Shown here: positions 19,906 through 30,314 of the stretch, piece after piece
Numbering within the stretch: position 1 is the first letter of the stretch
Layout: the number at the start of each line of letters is the position of its first letter
Assembly: GCA_965223005.1 (NCBI GenBank)
Contig: CBDCVK010000003.1
Coordinates: 72,465-136,464, forward strand
DNA length: 64,000 nucleotides
Direction: 5' to 3'
From: Terriglobia bacterium
Lineage (GTDB): Bacteria > Acidobacteriota > Terriglobia > JAJPHL01 > JAPKYU01
The notes under the pieces: model-generated
Seen by the model: only the letters and a program-made list of their open reading frames with translations
Told to the model about the DNA's origin: nothing
Databases searched by the model: none
Program-made: the position numbers and the translations under genes

Positions 19906-21075
19906 TCAGCAGCAGCCTTCCGGACCGCAACAGGCGTCATCGGTGGGAGCGACCGTCTTGCGGTAGCGTTTGCCTTTGGTCTCCCGCGGATCGCGCACCG
20001 CGGCCCCGTTACAGGCGAATACCCGCGCCTTCCGCAACGGGACGTTCCGCAAAGGCGGTACGGGAAGGATGTCACTTGCGTAGGGCGAGCGGGTGGGCAG
20101 GTGGTAGGTTTTGTCACAGACGGCCATGCGCTGGCCCCGGCGCAGGACGTGGCCGTCGTCATCGCGAACCTCCTTCCACGGTCCCTTGTAGACGACCGCC
20201 TGGTAACGCTCCAGGCAAGGCCCTTCCTTGCCCTTGGAGGCTGTCACGGTGGCGGAGCGGAACTGGATGCCCCGCACCGTCTGCCAGGGCTTTTCGTCGT
20301 ACTTGGCCAACTGGATGCCGTGGAAGCCGGCGCGCTCGAAGGCCTGCAGAAACCGGTCTTCGCGGAGCGCGCCCGCCAGACAGCCGCTCCAAAGCTTGGC
20401 GTCGCGCTTCATCTCGCCCGGCACATCTTCATCTGAGACGATATCGCTGACGGCCACCCGGCCGCCGCGCTTGACTACCCGGTACATCTCGCGGAACAGC
20501 TTTTCCTTTTCGGCGTCTGGCACCAGGTTGAGCACGCAACTGGAGATGACGATGTCTACCGATTCATCGGGGAGGAGCGGCGCCGAAGAGCGCAGGCGCG
20601 CCGCGAAGGCGTCGAAGTCCGCCAATTGCTCAGTGGTGCGCACCGGATGAGCTTTCAGGTAGGCGTCCACCTCGTCCAGCGAGAGTCGCGGGTCCTGGAT
20701 GCGGGCGCGGTGAAACTCTACGTTGTCGTACCCCAACCGTCGCGCAATCGTCGGCTGGTGTTTCCGCGCCAGCGCCAACATTTCGGCGTTGAAGTCCACC
20801 CCGATCACTCTGCCGGTGGGGCCGACCAGTTGTGCCGCGATGTAACAAATCTTGCCGGCGCCGGAGCCCAGGTCGAGTACCGTGTCGCCAGGCCGTACAA
20901 ACAAGGAGGGGTCGCCGCAGCCGTAATCTCTCTCCAAGATCTCGGTCGGGATAAACTCCAGGTAGCGCGGGTCGTAGCTGACCGGACAACAAAGCGCCGG
21001 CTCTTTGGCGCGGGCAGCCTGGCTGTAGCGCTGCCGCACCGCCTTTTCCGTATCCAGTGAAGTTGCGCGTGGCAT
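19906..21075 (-). CDS. ArsM-like SAM-dependent methyltransferase (extended form)
   Basis: LCCP, DYGCGDP, VLDLGSGAG, SSCVLNLV, LWSGCLAGA and C-terminal CCGPEGCC. Confidence 0.8.
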   Translation of the reverse strand: MPRATSLDTEKAVRQRYSQAARAKEPALCCPVSYDPRYLEFIPTEILERDYGCGDPSLFVRPGDTVLDLGSGAGKICYIAAQLVGPTGRVIGVDFNAEMLALARKHQPTIARRLGYDNVEFHRARIQDPRLSLDEVDAYLKAHPVRTTEQLADFDAFAARLRSSAPLLPDESVDIVISSCVLNLVPDAEKEKLFREMYRVVKRGGRVAVSDIVSDEDVPGEMKRDAKLWSGCLAGALREDRFLQAFERAGFHGIQLAKYDEKPWQTVRGIQFRSATVTASKGKEGPCLERYQAVVYKGPWKEVRDDDGHVLRRGQRMAVCDKTYHLPTRSPYASDILPVPPLRNVPLRKARVFACNGAAVRDPRETKGKRYRKTVAPTDDACCGPEGCC

Positions 21076-21249
21076 ACTTCGGTCTCCTTCTCAAGCCGGA
21101 ATTCCCGCGGCCAGCGAGCGTGGTAGATACTGAGCGCTCCAACGGCCGCCGGTGCCTCCTCCGAGGACGTACATTATACTTGCATGCCAGGCGCGGCGGG
21201 AACATGGAGTAGAGTGCCTTCGGCTGGAGAAGACGGACAGTGATGAATC

Positions 21250-21936
21250 GTGGTTTTCGGTACCCGTAGCCCAGGAAATCGAACGTTGCGGGCGTTCCCC
21301 AACAACACGGTCCTACTGGTGGCGTTCACAGTAGCGGGCTGGTGGGCGGAAGCTGAGATGCTGTCTGGAAGATCTCCCAACCCACACGGGGTTTCCCAAG
21401 CCAGCCATTGTGCCTGCGATCCGGCGCGACCGGAGACGCTGGAGGCTCGCGAGTGTAGCCTCTGCCGGGAGGCAGAAAAACAGCCGCCCGGTGTGATGCT
21501 CTTTTTCCTGAAAGACAACCACCCCCGCAAGCCCAACCGCTGGCTGGCCCTGCCCCGGCTGCACAGCCGGGGGATGCACGATATCGCGCACCTCAATGCG
21601 CGGCAGAGGGCCGAGTTCTGGAAAGCGACGATTCGCAAGGCACGTGCGCTGTGGGGTGACCAATGGGGCCTGGCGATCAACGGAGACAAAGTGCGCACCC
21701 AGTGCCACGCTCATGTGCACATCGGAAAGTTGTTGGAGCACGCCGCACAACATGAGGCGGCGTTGACCCCCACGGGGGCTGTCGCGCCCGGCAACCCTGC
21801 CCGGAGCGCAAACGGACCGGGCGAAATCCCGGTGCCGCAGGCAGGACAGGCTCTTTGGATTCATCCTAAGGGCAAGAAGTTGCATGTGCATGTCGAAGAC
21901 CGAAACCAGGCCACAGAATTCGTCCTAAGACGATGA
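21250..21936 (+). CDS. HIT-like hydrolase resembling CDP-diacylglycerol pyrophosphatase (Cdh); start uncertain
   Basis: GLAING..RTQCHAHVHI resembles the Cdh LAINS..GRTQNHFHIHI motif; N-terminal CAC and CSLC. Confidence 0.55.
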   Translation: MVFGTRSPGNRTLRAFPNNTVLLVAFTVAGWWAEAEMLSGRSPNPHGVSQASHCACDPARPETLEARECSLCREAEKQPPGVMLFFLKDNHPRKPNRWLALPRLHSRGMHDIAHLNARQRAEFWKATIRKARALWGDQWGLAINGDKVRTQCHAHVHIGKLLEHAAQHEAALTPTGAVAPGNPARSANGPGEIPVPQAGQALWIHPKGKKLHVHVEDRNQATEFVLRR

Positions 21937-22109
21937 GGCCACGGAAAACCCCGAGCTATAGCTGGTGTGCTGGGTGCGGCTCGGAGGTCGCCACGGCTAT
22001 CGGGTGTATACTGTGCCCGGCGCGATTCCCATTTGCCCTCGAGCAGGAATTTGCGCCGACATGAGAACGTGGCGCGGCTGGGCGGCCGCTTCTCCCTAGT
22101 TTCAAGACC

Positions 22110-22904
22110 ATGAGGCAGTACCTGGAATTGCTCCGGCACATCCTGGACGAGGGGGAGGAGAAGCCAGATCGGACCGGGACGGGTACGCTGAGCATTTTCG
22201 GCTGCCAGATGCGCTTCGACCTGGCCCAGGGCTACCCGTTGCTCACTACCAAGAAGCTGCACCTGCGCTCGATCATCCACGAGCTGCTTTGGTTCCTCTC
22301 GGGCAGCACCAACGTTCGGGATTTGCAGAAACAGGGAGTCACCATCTGGGATGAGTGGGCTGACCCGACCGGCGAGCTGGGACCCATCTACGGCTACCAG
22401 TGGCGCTCCTGGCCCGCGACGGGGGGCGGACACATTGACCAGATCACCCGGGTCATGGAGCAGATTCGCGCCAATCCCGACTCCCGGCGCCACCTCGTCA
22501 GCGCCTGGAACGTGGCCGACGTCGACAAGATGGCGCTACCACCTTGCCACGTGCTCTTCCAGTTTTACGTGGCCAAGCGACGCCTTTCCTGCCAGCTCTA
22601 CCAGCGTAGCGCCGACGTCTTCCTGGGGGTCCCGTTCAACATTGCCTCCTACGCGCTGCTGACGCAGATGGTCGCCCAGGTTTGTGAATTGGAGGCAGGC
22701 GAGTTTATCCACACCTGCGGCGACGCTCACCTCTACAAGAACCACCTCGAACAGGCCCGGTTGCAACTGACGCGTGAACCGAGGCCGCTGCCGCAGATGA
22801 AGCTAAATCCGAGGGTCAAGTCCATCTTCGACTTCCAGTATGAAGATTTCTCGCTGAGCAATTACTCCCCGCACCCCGGCATTCCCGCGCCAATCGCGGT
22901 ATGA
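22110..22904 (+). CDS. thyA: Thymidylate synthase
   Basis: Motifs DRTGTGT, MALPPCH and [18 protein letters not shown]. Confidence 0.98.
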   Translation: MRQYLELLRHILDEGEEKPDRTGTGTLSIFGCQMRFDLAQGYPLLTTKKLHLRSIIHELLWFLSGSTNVRDLQKQGVTIWDEWADPTGELGPIYGYQWRSWPATGGGHIDQITRVMEQIRANPDSRRHLVSAWNVADVDKMALPPCHVLFQFYVAKRRLSCQLYQRSADVFLGVPFNIASYALLTQMVAQVCELEAGEFIHTCGDAHLYKNHLEQARLQLTREPRPLPQMKLNPRVKSIFDFQYEDFSLSNYSPHPGIPAPIAV

Positions 22905-23404
22905 GGCTTTCCATCATCGCCGCGATGTCACAGAACCGAGTCATCGGGCGCGATACCCGGCTTCCTTGGCACCTCCCCGCCGATTGGGCGCACTTCAAAA
23001 AGTTGACCATGGGACATTGCTTACTGATGGGACGGAAAACCCTTGAGTCGATTGGCCGCCCGCTGCCGGGCCGCACAACCGTGGTCGTGACGCGGCAACG
23101 CGACTATGCCCCGGCCGGCGCCCCGCCTGGCGTGCGCGTGGCTCATTCCCTGGAGGAAGCGTTGGCGATGACCACCGGGGACGAGGTGTTTATCGCCGGC
23201 GGCGCGGAAATCTATCGCCAGACCCTTCCACGTGTAGACCGGCTCTACCTGACCCTCGTCCAAGCAACCTTGGAGGGCGACACCTACTTTCCAGAATTTG
23301 ACGAGGCCGACTGGCAGCTTGTCTCCCAGGAACACTTTTCAGCCGCCGCCAAGAATCCCTATCCGTACAGTTTTCTGGTCTACGCGCGAAAAAAATCGGA
23401 GTGA
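22901..23404 (+). CDS. folA: Dihydrofolate reductase
   Basis: Motifs [23 protein letters not shown] and GDTYFP; overlaps the thyA stop. Confidence 0.96.
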   Translation: MRLSIIAAMSQNRVIGRDTRLPWHLPADWAHFKKLTMGHCLLMGRKTLESIGRPLPGRTTVVVTRQRDYAPAGAPPGVRVAHSLEEALAMTTGDEVFIAGGAEIYRQTLPRVDRLYLTLVQATLEGDTYFPEFDEADWQLVSQEHFSAAAKNPYPYSFLVYARKKSE

Positions 23405-23485
23405 AGGCGGTCGGTTGGAAGAAACAATTTTGCTCGCCTGAAGCCCGGCAGTCGATCAGGCCAGTCTATGGCGGTTTCCCGCCTT

Positions 23486-24736
23486 TTATCGCGGCATCCG
23501 CTCCCTCATGATTCCGCCGGTGCAGGAGGTTTCCTGCGCGGGTAGGGCCGCTTGCCCCCGCAAATAGGTCATCAATACTATCCCCGCACAGGTGACTTTT
23601 CGGTGGCCGTCAACCAATCCGAATTGTTTGACTCTGCCTTCTGTGTTGTCGTAGAGTTGCCAGTACACTGCGTAGCGGACTTGCTCGCTGTCGAGTAACC
23701 TCAAGACCGCGGCCAAGCCCGCTGTTACAGCCTTCGCCAACTTCCATTCGCGAGCAAATCGAAACTCCCCCAGCAACACGTGATATTGGCCAAAGAATGC
23801 ACGGCCCGCCGCCGTCACACTCCGCCGCGTGCGCATCCTGATGTCGGCAAGTGCCTCCGTCAAAGCCGCATGCACGTCCTTGCTCGCCATTGTCTCCCAA
23901 GCAGAAAAGGAAACGAAATCGTAGTTGACCTGAGGCAGGACCTCCTCCAAGGCGTTAAGGCCAAGGTTCTGTTTTACAAACTCTCCCGTAGCGGTTCGCC
24001 CGAGCTTCAACTTCCACAAAGAAATCTCCACTCCGGAGAAAACTTTCAGGCGAGCGGAAGGGAATTTTTCTCGCACGTCGGTCACTGCCTGGAAACGCGT
24101 TTGGAGATCGCGCTCTACATTTCCCACTGCGAGCTCGGGCTTGCCGGTGGCGTTGAGCACCTCGCGCAGTTTTTCGTCAGCCTCGTTGTTGCTGATCAGA
24201 ATGACCTTGTCACGGTCGCCGAAATTCCGATAGAGCCATTCCACCATTTCGCGCAGTTGCCTGTGCTCTTCTTCCCACTCCCGTTCGGCCACTTTCCTGC
24301 GCAGGTCAATTTCGTCAGGTCCCTGACCGTAATCAAACACAGGATAGGCGGTCAGCCAAACAGTCTTGAATTGGGAGTGTTCTAGAATCTTTCTATAGCG
24401 CGGCAGGGCTAGAATCTTCACCAAAGTGACAGGTTTCTTGACTTCTTCAAATCTCCGCCGCGCTCGGGCCGGGTGGATGTAGTCGTACCGCCCGGCGACG
24501 ACAATCCGCACTGTCCTGAAATCAAACCGCTCTATATCAACGACAGCAGGAGCCAAATTGTCCGTTCCGGCTCCGGAGGAGTGACGGGCGGTTGCACTCC
24601 CGCCCGGTACTTGACCTTCCCAGCTATAGACGCCGAGTCGATCAGACGGGAGCGACGGCCATTCGCTTTGCGCCCCCGCGAGCGCAACAGCAAAAAACAG
24701 CAGCACCGCCGGCAACAGTCTTCTCTGCGCTCTCAC
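23486..24736 (-). CDS. Secreted hypothetical protein, possible clan GH-A glycoside hydrolase
   Basis: Signal peptide, SNNEAD (candidate acid/base), LLGEF (candidate nucleophile) and YWQLYDN...FGL. Confidence 0.5.
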   Translation of the reverse strand: MRAQRRLLPAVLLFFAVALAGAQSEWPSLPSDRLGVYSWEGQVPGGSATARHSSGAGTDNLAPAVVDIERFDFRTVRIVVAGRYDYIHPARARRRFEEVKKPVTLVKILALPRYRKILEHSQFKTVWLTAYPVFDYGQGPDEIDLRRKVAEREWEEEHRQLREMVEWLYRNFGDRDKVILISNNEADEKLREVLNATGKPELAVGNVERDLQTRFQAVTDVREKFPSARLKVFSGVEISLWKLKLGRTATGEFVKQNLGLNALEEVLPQVNYDFVSFSAWETMASKDVHAALTEALADIRMRTRRSVTAAGRAFFGQYHVLLGEFRFAREWKLAKAVTAGLAAVLRLLDSEQVRYAVYWQLYDNTEGRVKQFGLVDGHRKVTCAGIVLMTYLRGQAALPAQETSCTGGIMRERMPR

Positions 24737-24796
24737 CGTTCTCTTCTCTCTCTCCCGTTGCGGTGGGACAAACGACGGCGCTGCCGGATATTAGCT

Positions 24797-25039
<243 letters not shown>

Positions 25040-25153
25040 GAGAACCTCAGTCGAACATTTTTTCGCTAAACACCTATTATAACCGAAAATCTGTAGCGCT
25101 GCAAAGCGCAGCCAGAGACTGGTAGTGGGCTACTTTGAATCCGCAGGAGATGT

Positions 25154-25210
25154 CGTAGCGGCGGCCTTTAGGCCGCGATGGGTCTTGGCATACTGAAGCC
25201 TGCCGCTACG
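25154..25210. repeat. GTAG-family REP-like inverted repeat
   Basis: cgtagcggcggcctttaggccgc...ctgaagcctgccgctacg; GTAG/CTAC ends with an internal palindrome. Confidence 0.65.
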
Positions 25211-25211
25211 C

Positions 25212-26153
25212 CTATGGCAGTGCAGGCCGCGCGCGCCGATGGACGAGCTGTCGCGCCACGTCCTCGACCACTTTACGCCCGCTGCGCCACGCGTCCTGGT
25301 ACGCCTTCTGTTTTTCGGTGCGGGTAAAACGCTGGCCGAGACGATGGAAATGCTCCAGGCCGCGTCCCACCACATAGGTGGCCGAGTAGGCTACCAGCCC
25401 TTTGGCGACCAGGCCTCCGCCGGCCGGCACCTTGCCGGCCAGTTCCCGCGCCAGAGCGCGCCAGCCGAAGGCTGTGCCAGCAATGGAGGCCAGTTGCGCC
25501 TTCTGCTGGCGCCAGCCTACCGGAGCATCGCTGGCCGCTGCCACTAGAAAGGCCATGCGGAACTGGTTCGCAGTGAGAAACGCCGTGTCCGAGGCGAATT
25601 CGCCGAAAATCCAGGGCAACTGGAGCGGGCTGGGTAGCAGGTTCGGCAGCGCGCTGAGAATGGCGAAGCCGGCATTCTCGCGGGCGACGGCTCGGATGAT
25701 CCGGTCCACCACCGGCTGGCGCAACGGCCAATAGCAGCGAGCCAGGGCCAACGACCAGTCCGGGCGCCTTTCCTGGACGTCTTCCAGGAGTAGCTCTGCC
25801 CAGCGGTCGTCGGCCACATCCTCGAGCAGCAAGTAGTCGCGGATGAACGGACGCACTTCGGCGGCGCTGGTGGCCGGCACCAGGCACAGGTCGAAGCGCG
25901 GCATCAGCTGCGTGTACGTCGGGGGGATGGGCACGGGGATGGGAAACAGGCGCTTCAGCCCCTGATCGCGCTTGCGCTCGCCCAGCTCAGGCGGGACCAG
26001 CTTCTCGGTCCAGTACTGCAGTTCCGCTTCAGCGCCCACCAGGGCCAGCGAGAACGGCCGGTCCGCATCCTGTTGGATGGACTCGGGGCTCAGCTGGCGG
26101 AGCGCGACGGCAAGTTGCCGCCAGAAACGCACGCTGGTCGCCGCCCTGCGCAC
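25212..26153 (-). CDS. Hypothetical protein (DUF697/EcsC-like C-terminal half)
   Basis: 313-aa ORF with ASDTAFLTANQFRMAF and WRALARELAGKVP segments. Confidence 0.6.
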   Translation of the reverse strand: MRRAATSVRFWRQLAVALRQLSPESIQQDADRPFSLALVGAEAELQYWTEKLVPPELGERKRDQGLKRLFPIPVPIPPTYTQLMPRFDLCLVPATSAAEVRPFIRDYLLLEDVADDRWAELLLEDVQERRPDWSLALARCYWPLRQPVVDRIIRAVARENAGFAILSALPNLLPSPLQLPWIFGEFASDTAFLTANQFRMAFLVAAASDAPVGWRQQKAQLASIAGTAFGWRALARELAGKVPAGGGLVAKGLVAYSATYVVGRGLEHFHRLGQRFTRTEKQKAYQDAWRSGRKVVEDVARQLVHRRARPALP

Positions 26154-26270
26154 AGCTTTATCTTAGCACGACGATAATCGGGATCTTAGCACGCCGGCAA
26201 TCCGGCACGCCGCACGCCTTCCTACCGGGCCGCGCCGCGCCCGGTCTGCGGCCTGCGGTAGAATGAAGTA

Positions 26271-27707
26271 GTGCGCATCGCGCTGGCGGCCCTGCTGTTG
26301 CTCGTTCTGCTGCAAGCCCCTTCGGCTCCGGACCCGGTGGAGGAATCCCTGCGCCGGCTCACTGCCGTTTACAGCGTCGTCGAGGAACAGTACGCCGACC
26401 CGATCGATCCCGAAACTCAGATCTACCGGGGCGCGATTCCTGGAATGCTTCGGCGGCTGGACCCCTACTCGGTGTTTTTCGATGCCGATCAGTTTCGCCT
26501 CCTCCAACAGCACCAGCAAGCCAAGAGCGAAGGCTTTGGCACGATCGTCACGGTGATGCCCGGGCGGGTAGTGGTGCTGGAGGCATTTGTCGGCTCTCCG
26601 GCGGCCCGCGCCGGCCTCCAGGCAGGGGATGAAATTCTGGAAGTTAATAACCACCGCATCGAGCGCCTCAACATGGCGCAGATCGTGCGAGTGCTCAACG
26701 CTGCGCGCTCGCAACAGCGTACTCACATGCTGGTGCTGCGCCCCAACAGCAGCAAGGTCGAGAGCATCACCGTGAGCCCCGCCGAGCTTTCCGAATCCAC
26801 CGTAGACCGTGCTTTCTGGCTGCGCGAGGGGATCGGCTACCTGCACGTCACCGCCTTCGAAAGCACCACGGTGGCCGAGCTGAGGCAGGCGTTGCAGCGA
26901 TGGGGCCCGGCGCTGGATGGGCTGGTGCTCGACCTTCGCAAGAACGGCGGTGGCCTGCTGCAGGCGGCGGTGGAGACGGCCGGGCTGTTTCTGCCGGAGG
27001 GTGAGCTGGTGCTAACCGCTCGCGGTCGCACAGGCGAGGCCCATCGCTTCACCGTGGAGAAGGCTGAGCCGCTGGCACAAGAACTGCCGCTGGTCGTGCT
27101 GGTCAGCGGCCGCACTGCCAGCGCTGCCGAGATTCTGGCTGGGGCGCTGCAGGACCATGGCCGCGCACGGCTCGTGGGGCAAACCACTTTCGGCAAAGGA
27201 ACGGTGCAGACAGTCTATCCGCTGAGTGGAGATACAGGCCTAGCGTTGGCCACCGCGTTGTACCTCACGCCTTCCGGCCGCTCCCTGGAACGGACCCGGA
27301 GCGATACCGGCGGCATCACCCCAGATGTGGTTGTCGCGCCTTCCGGCTACACGAACTATCAGGCATTTCTGGAAAGCCGGTTGGTGTTCTTGGAGTTTGC
27401 GCGGTACCTGCGCGCCGACGGGCGCCCTATCCCGCCCGAGTTCGAAGTCTCACCAAAGCTGCTTGACGAGTTTCGTGGTTTCCTTCGCCAGCGAGACATT
27501 CCTATCACCGAGAAGCTCTGGTCTGAAAACCGGAGGTTCGTCCGGACCCGGCTGAAGACGGAAATTTTTAACCTAACTTTCGGCGTGGCGCGGGGCGACG
27601 AGATCGCCGCCTCGGACGACCCACAGATACAGCGGGCAGTAGAGTTGCTCTTGGAGGCGGCGCAAGCTAGGTCCAGCGGAACCGGCGCAAGGCCAGCAGG
27701 AAGCTGA
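26271..27707 (+). CDS. S41 family C-terminal processing protease (PDZ)
   Basis: Motifs LDPYS, PAARAGLQAGD, LDLRKNGGG, TASAAEI and TFGKGTVQ. Confidence 0.92.
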   Translation: MRIALAALLLLVLLQAPSAPDPVEESLRRLTAVYSVVEEQYADPIDPETQIYRGAIPGMLRRLDPYSVFFDADQFRLLQQHQQAKSEGFGTIVTVMPGRVVVLEAFVGSPAARAGLQAGDEILEVNNHRIERLNMAQIVRVLNAARSQQRTHMLVLRPNSSKVESITVSPAELSESTVDRAFWLREGIGYLHVTAFESTTVAELRQALQRWGPALDGLVLDLRKNGGGLLQAAVETAGLFLPEGELVLTARGRTGEAHRFTVEKAEPLAQELPLVVLVSGRTASAAEILAGALQDHGRARLVGQTTFGKGTVQTVYPLSGDTGLALATALYLTPSGRSLERTRSDTGGITPDVVVAPSGYTNYQAFLESRLVFLEFARYLRADGRPIPPEFEVSPKLLDEFRGFLRQRDIPITEKLWSENRRFVRTRLKTEIFNLTFGVARGDEIAASDDPQIQRAVELLLEAAQARSSGTGARPAGS

Positions 27708-28701
27708 GGCTGCCCCAGGCAGCCAGGATAAGCAACCGCGTGGACTGGGCCGTCAAGCTGGCACCTTCCAAAATCACCGACCGCAAGGCATCGTTGAGGG
27801 CCGTGAGCGGCAGCAGGCGGATTAGCGGCTGCACGACGTCCGGGAATCGGTCTGCGGAAAAGAAAACCCCGGACAAGACGAACATGGGCAGCATCACCAG
27901 GTTCATTAGGCCGGAAACGGTTTCGATCTTCTGGGCTCGGCTGGCCACCAGCAGTCCCATTCCGGCGAAGCAGAGGGAGCCGGCCGCGCCCAGCACCAGC
28001 ACGCTGGAAATGCTCCCCTGGACCACCATGTCGAAGACGACCCAGCCCAGGCCCAGCAGCAGCGCCGCCTCAATTAACATTAGCAGCAGCCGGCTGGAAA
28101 TCATCGCGAGTAGGAAGTCTGGGCGGCGCATCGGGGTAGCGATCAGGCGCTTCAGCAGCCTCTTGGCCCGCATGTCCACCAGGGCGAAACCCACTCCCCA
28201 CATCCCCCCGCCCAGCAGGTTCATCCCCAGCAAGCCGGGAATCAGGAAATCAATGTAGCGCGCTCCGGGCTCGCTGACCGGCTCCTGGCGAGTGAGCAAC
28301 GGGTCGGTGCGACCGGCAGCCTGCTGCAATGCCGCATCCACCAGAGAGCGGGCCAACAAGCTGCCAGGCCGGCTGGGGTCGTAGCGGTAGCGGAAACTCT
28401 CGCCGGGGAAGACCACCAGCGAGACCTTGCCCAGTCGGAACTGCCGGCCCGCCTCCTGAGTGCTGGTGACCTTGGCCCGGAGCGAGGGCGCCGCGTTGAG
28501 CGTGCGCACCAGCCGCTGCGCCTCCTCATGTTCGACCACGGCCACAAGAATCGTTTCCTGTGGGCCGTCCCGGAAGGCGAGGCCCAGAGCCAGCGCCAGC
28601 AGGACGGGAAAGAAGAACACCCAGAAGACAACTTCCGGCTCCCGCTTCAATTCCCGCAGCCGAGCCAGTAGCAGCTGCCCGTAGGCTTGCCAGTGAATCA
28701 T
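27667..28701 (-). CDS. ABC-2 type transporter permease
   Basis: YIDFLIPGLLGM, LKRLIATP and LSGVFF motifs; downstream of the ABC ATPase. Confidence 0.9.
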   Translation of the reverse strand: MIHWQAYGQLLLARLRELKREPEVVFWVFFFPVLLALALGLAFRDGPQETILVAVVEHEEAQRLVRTLNAAPSLRAKVTSTQEAGRQFRLGKVSLVVFPGESFRYRYDPSRPGSLLARSLVDAALQQAAGRTDPLLTRQEPVSEPGARYIDFLIPGLLGMNLLGGGMWGVGFALVDMRAKRLLKRLIATPMRRPDFLLAMISSRLLLMLIEAALLLGLGWVVFDMVVQGSISSVLVLGAAGSLCFAGMGLLVASRAQKIETVSGLMNLVMLPMFVLSGVFFSADRFPDVVQPLIRLLPLTALNDALRSVILEGASLTAQSTRLLILAAWGSLSFLLALRRFRWT

Positions 28702-28735
28702 CCCGCGCTCCGGGCTGCATCCCTAATCATCACGC

Positions 28736-29674
28736 CTACTCATCACGAAGGTGCCGGCCGGTCAGCTTTACGAATACATCCTCCAGGCTGGCGTGGCGCG
28801 TGGTCAGCCGCGCCAGCTCCAGTCCCTGATTCTCCAGCCAGTTGCACAGCCCGGGCAAAGCCAGGTGCGGCGCGGCAACGGTCAGCAGGTAGTTGCCGCT
28901 TTCCTCGCGGACGGCGCGCACCGCGGGGAGCGTAGCCAGCCCGTCCTGCGCCAAACCGGCTGGGGCAGCCGCCTCGGCCAGTGCGAATTCCACTACGTGG
29001 TCGGCGCCCAGCGAAGCGACCAATTCGGCAGGCGTGCCCAGGGCGATGATGCGGCCGTAGTCAATGATCGCCACCCGGTCGCACAACCGCTCGGCCTCGT
29101 CCATGTAGTGAGTGGTCAGCAGGACGGTGCCGCCGCTCTGCTGGAAGTTGCGGACGATCTCCCAGAGCTGGCGGCGCGACTGCGGATCCAGTCCGGTGGT
29201 CGGCTCATCGAGAAACAAAACGCTCGGATTGCCCACCAGGGCGCAGGCGACCGCCAGTCGCTGCTTCTGCCCGCCCGACAGCTTGCCTACCCGGCTGTCG
29301 GTCTTTTCGCTAAGCGATACTTGCTGCATCACCTGAAATGGGTCGGCCGGCTGCCGGTAGAAGCTGGCAAACAACGCCAGCGTCTCTTTGACGGTAAGCT
29401 TTTCCGAGAGCCGGGTGTCCTGCAGCGAGATCCCGAGCAATTCGCGTAGCTGCTGGTCCTCGACACCCCATCTCTTGCCCAGGATTTCCACCTCGCCGGA
29501 GGTGGGCTTCAGCAGGCCTTCGAGAATCTCGATGGTGGTGGTCTTTCCGGCGCCGTTGGGCCCCAACAGTCCGAAACACTCGCCCTGCTCGACGGCCAAG
29601 TCCAGGCCGCGCACTGCCTCCACCTTGCCGTCGTAGCTTTTGAAGAGGGAGGTGCAGCGGATGGCAACTGGCAT
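28736..29674 (-). CDS. ABC transporter ATP-binding protein
   Basis: GPNGAGKTT, LSGGQ, LDEPT and TTH motifs; start placed at ATG 29674. Confidence 0.93.
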   Translation of the reverse strand: MPVAIRCTSLFKSYDGKVEAVRGLDLAVEQGECFGLLGPNGAGKTTTIEILEGLLKPTSGEVEILGKRWGVEDQQLRELLGISLQDTRLSEKLTVKETLALFASFYRQPADPFQVMQQVSLSEKTDSRVGKLSGGQKQRLAVACALVGNPSVLFLDEPTTGLDPQSRRQLWEIVRNFQQSGGTVLLTTHYMDEAERLCDRVAIIDYGRIIALGTPAELVASLGADHVVEFALAEAAAPAGLAQDGLATLPAVRAVREESGNYLLTVAAPHLALPGLCNWLENQGLELARLTTRHASLEDVFVKLTGRHLRDE

Positions 29675-29814
29675 GAACGAAACAATACTATCACGCGGCA
29701 CCATCACACGGCCGCGGCCAACCGGACCGTCGGCGCACGCCTTTGGGTAGTGTTTGCCCGCTGACGCTGACGAAATGGTTGGCCGGTCTTGGCAGTCCCC
29801 GATAGAATCGACCA

Positions 29815-30273
29815 ATGCCAGCAGTTCCGCCGATCTTTGCGACCCTCGCCATGAAACGACCCTGGGCAATGAGCTGCGGACGTCTTTGGGGAACGTTCGC
29901 CCACCTGACGCTGATCCTTTTTTCTTCTACCCCACTGGCCGGCAAAGCCGCGCAGTACGCCTACAGCTTTTATCTGGCTCTGTTCGGAACGTTGGGGATG
30001 GACTGGGGCGTGAGGTCCCTGGCCCAGAAGGGCCTGCATTTCGTGCTCTTCTTCTCGCTGGGCAGCTGGCTCTCCCACAGCTTGAAATGCCCGCCGCTGC
30101 AGAAATTCCTGGCAACCGCCGGAATCTGCCTGCTGGCGGGACTTGGCTCGGAAGCCTTTCAGCTACTGTTTCCAGGACGCCAAGCGACGCTCGCCGATGT
30201 GCTGCTGAACGCCACCAGCGGCACGCTGGCGGCGGGGTTGGCGTGGCGCTGGAGCCCCTCACCTGAGATGTAG
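29815..30273 (+). CDS. VanZ-family membrane protein (start uncertain)
   Basis: KGLHFVLF and SEAFQLLFPGRQATLADVLLN motifs. Confidence 0.8.
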   Translation: MPAVPPIFATLAMKRPWAMSCGRLWGTFAHLTLILFSSTPLAGKAAQYAYSFYLALFGTLGMDWGVRSLAQKGLHFVLFFSLGSWLSHSLKCPPLQKFLATAGICLLAGLGSEAFQLLFPGRQATLADVLLNATSGTLAAGLAWRWSPSPEM

Positions 30274-30314
30274 GTTAGGAACTCGCGCGGGTGAGCAAGC
30301 GGGCAACGGCAACC

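Noticed and set aside
27667-27707. 41-bp 3' overlap of the convergent S41 protease and ABC permease genes
   Set aside because: Short tail-to-tail overlaps are common and only a low-complexity tail is involved
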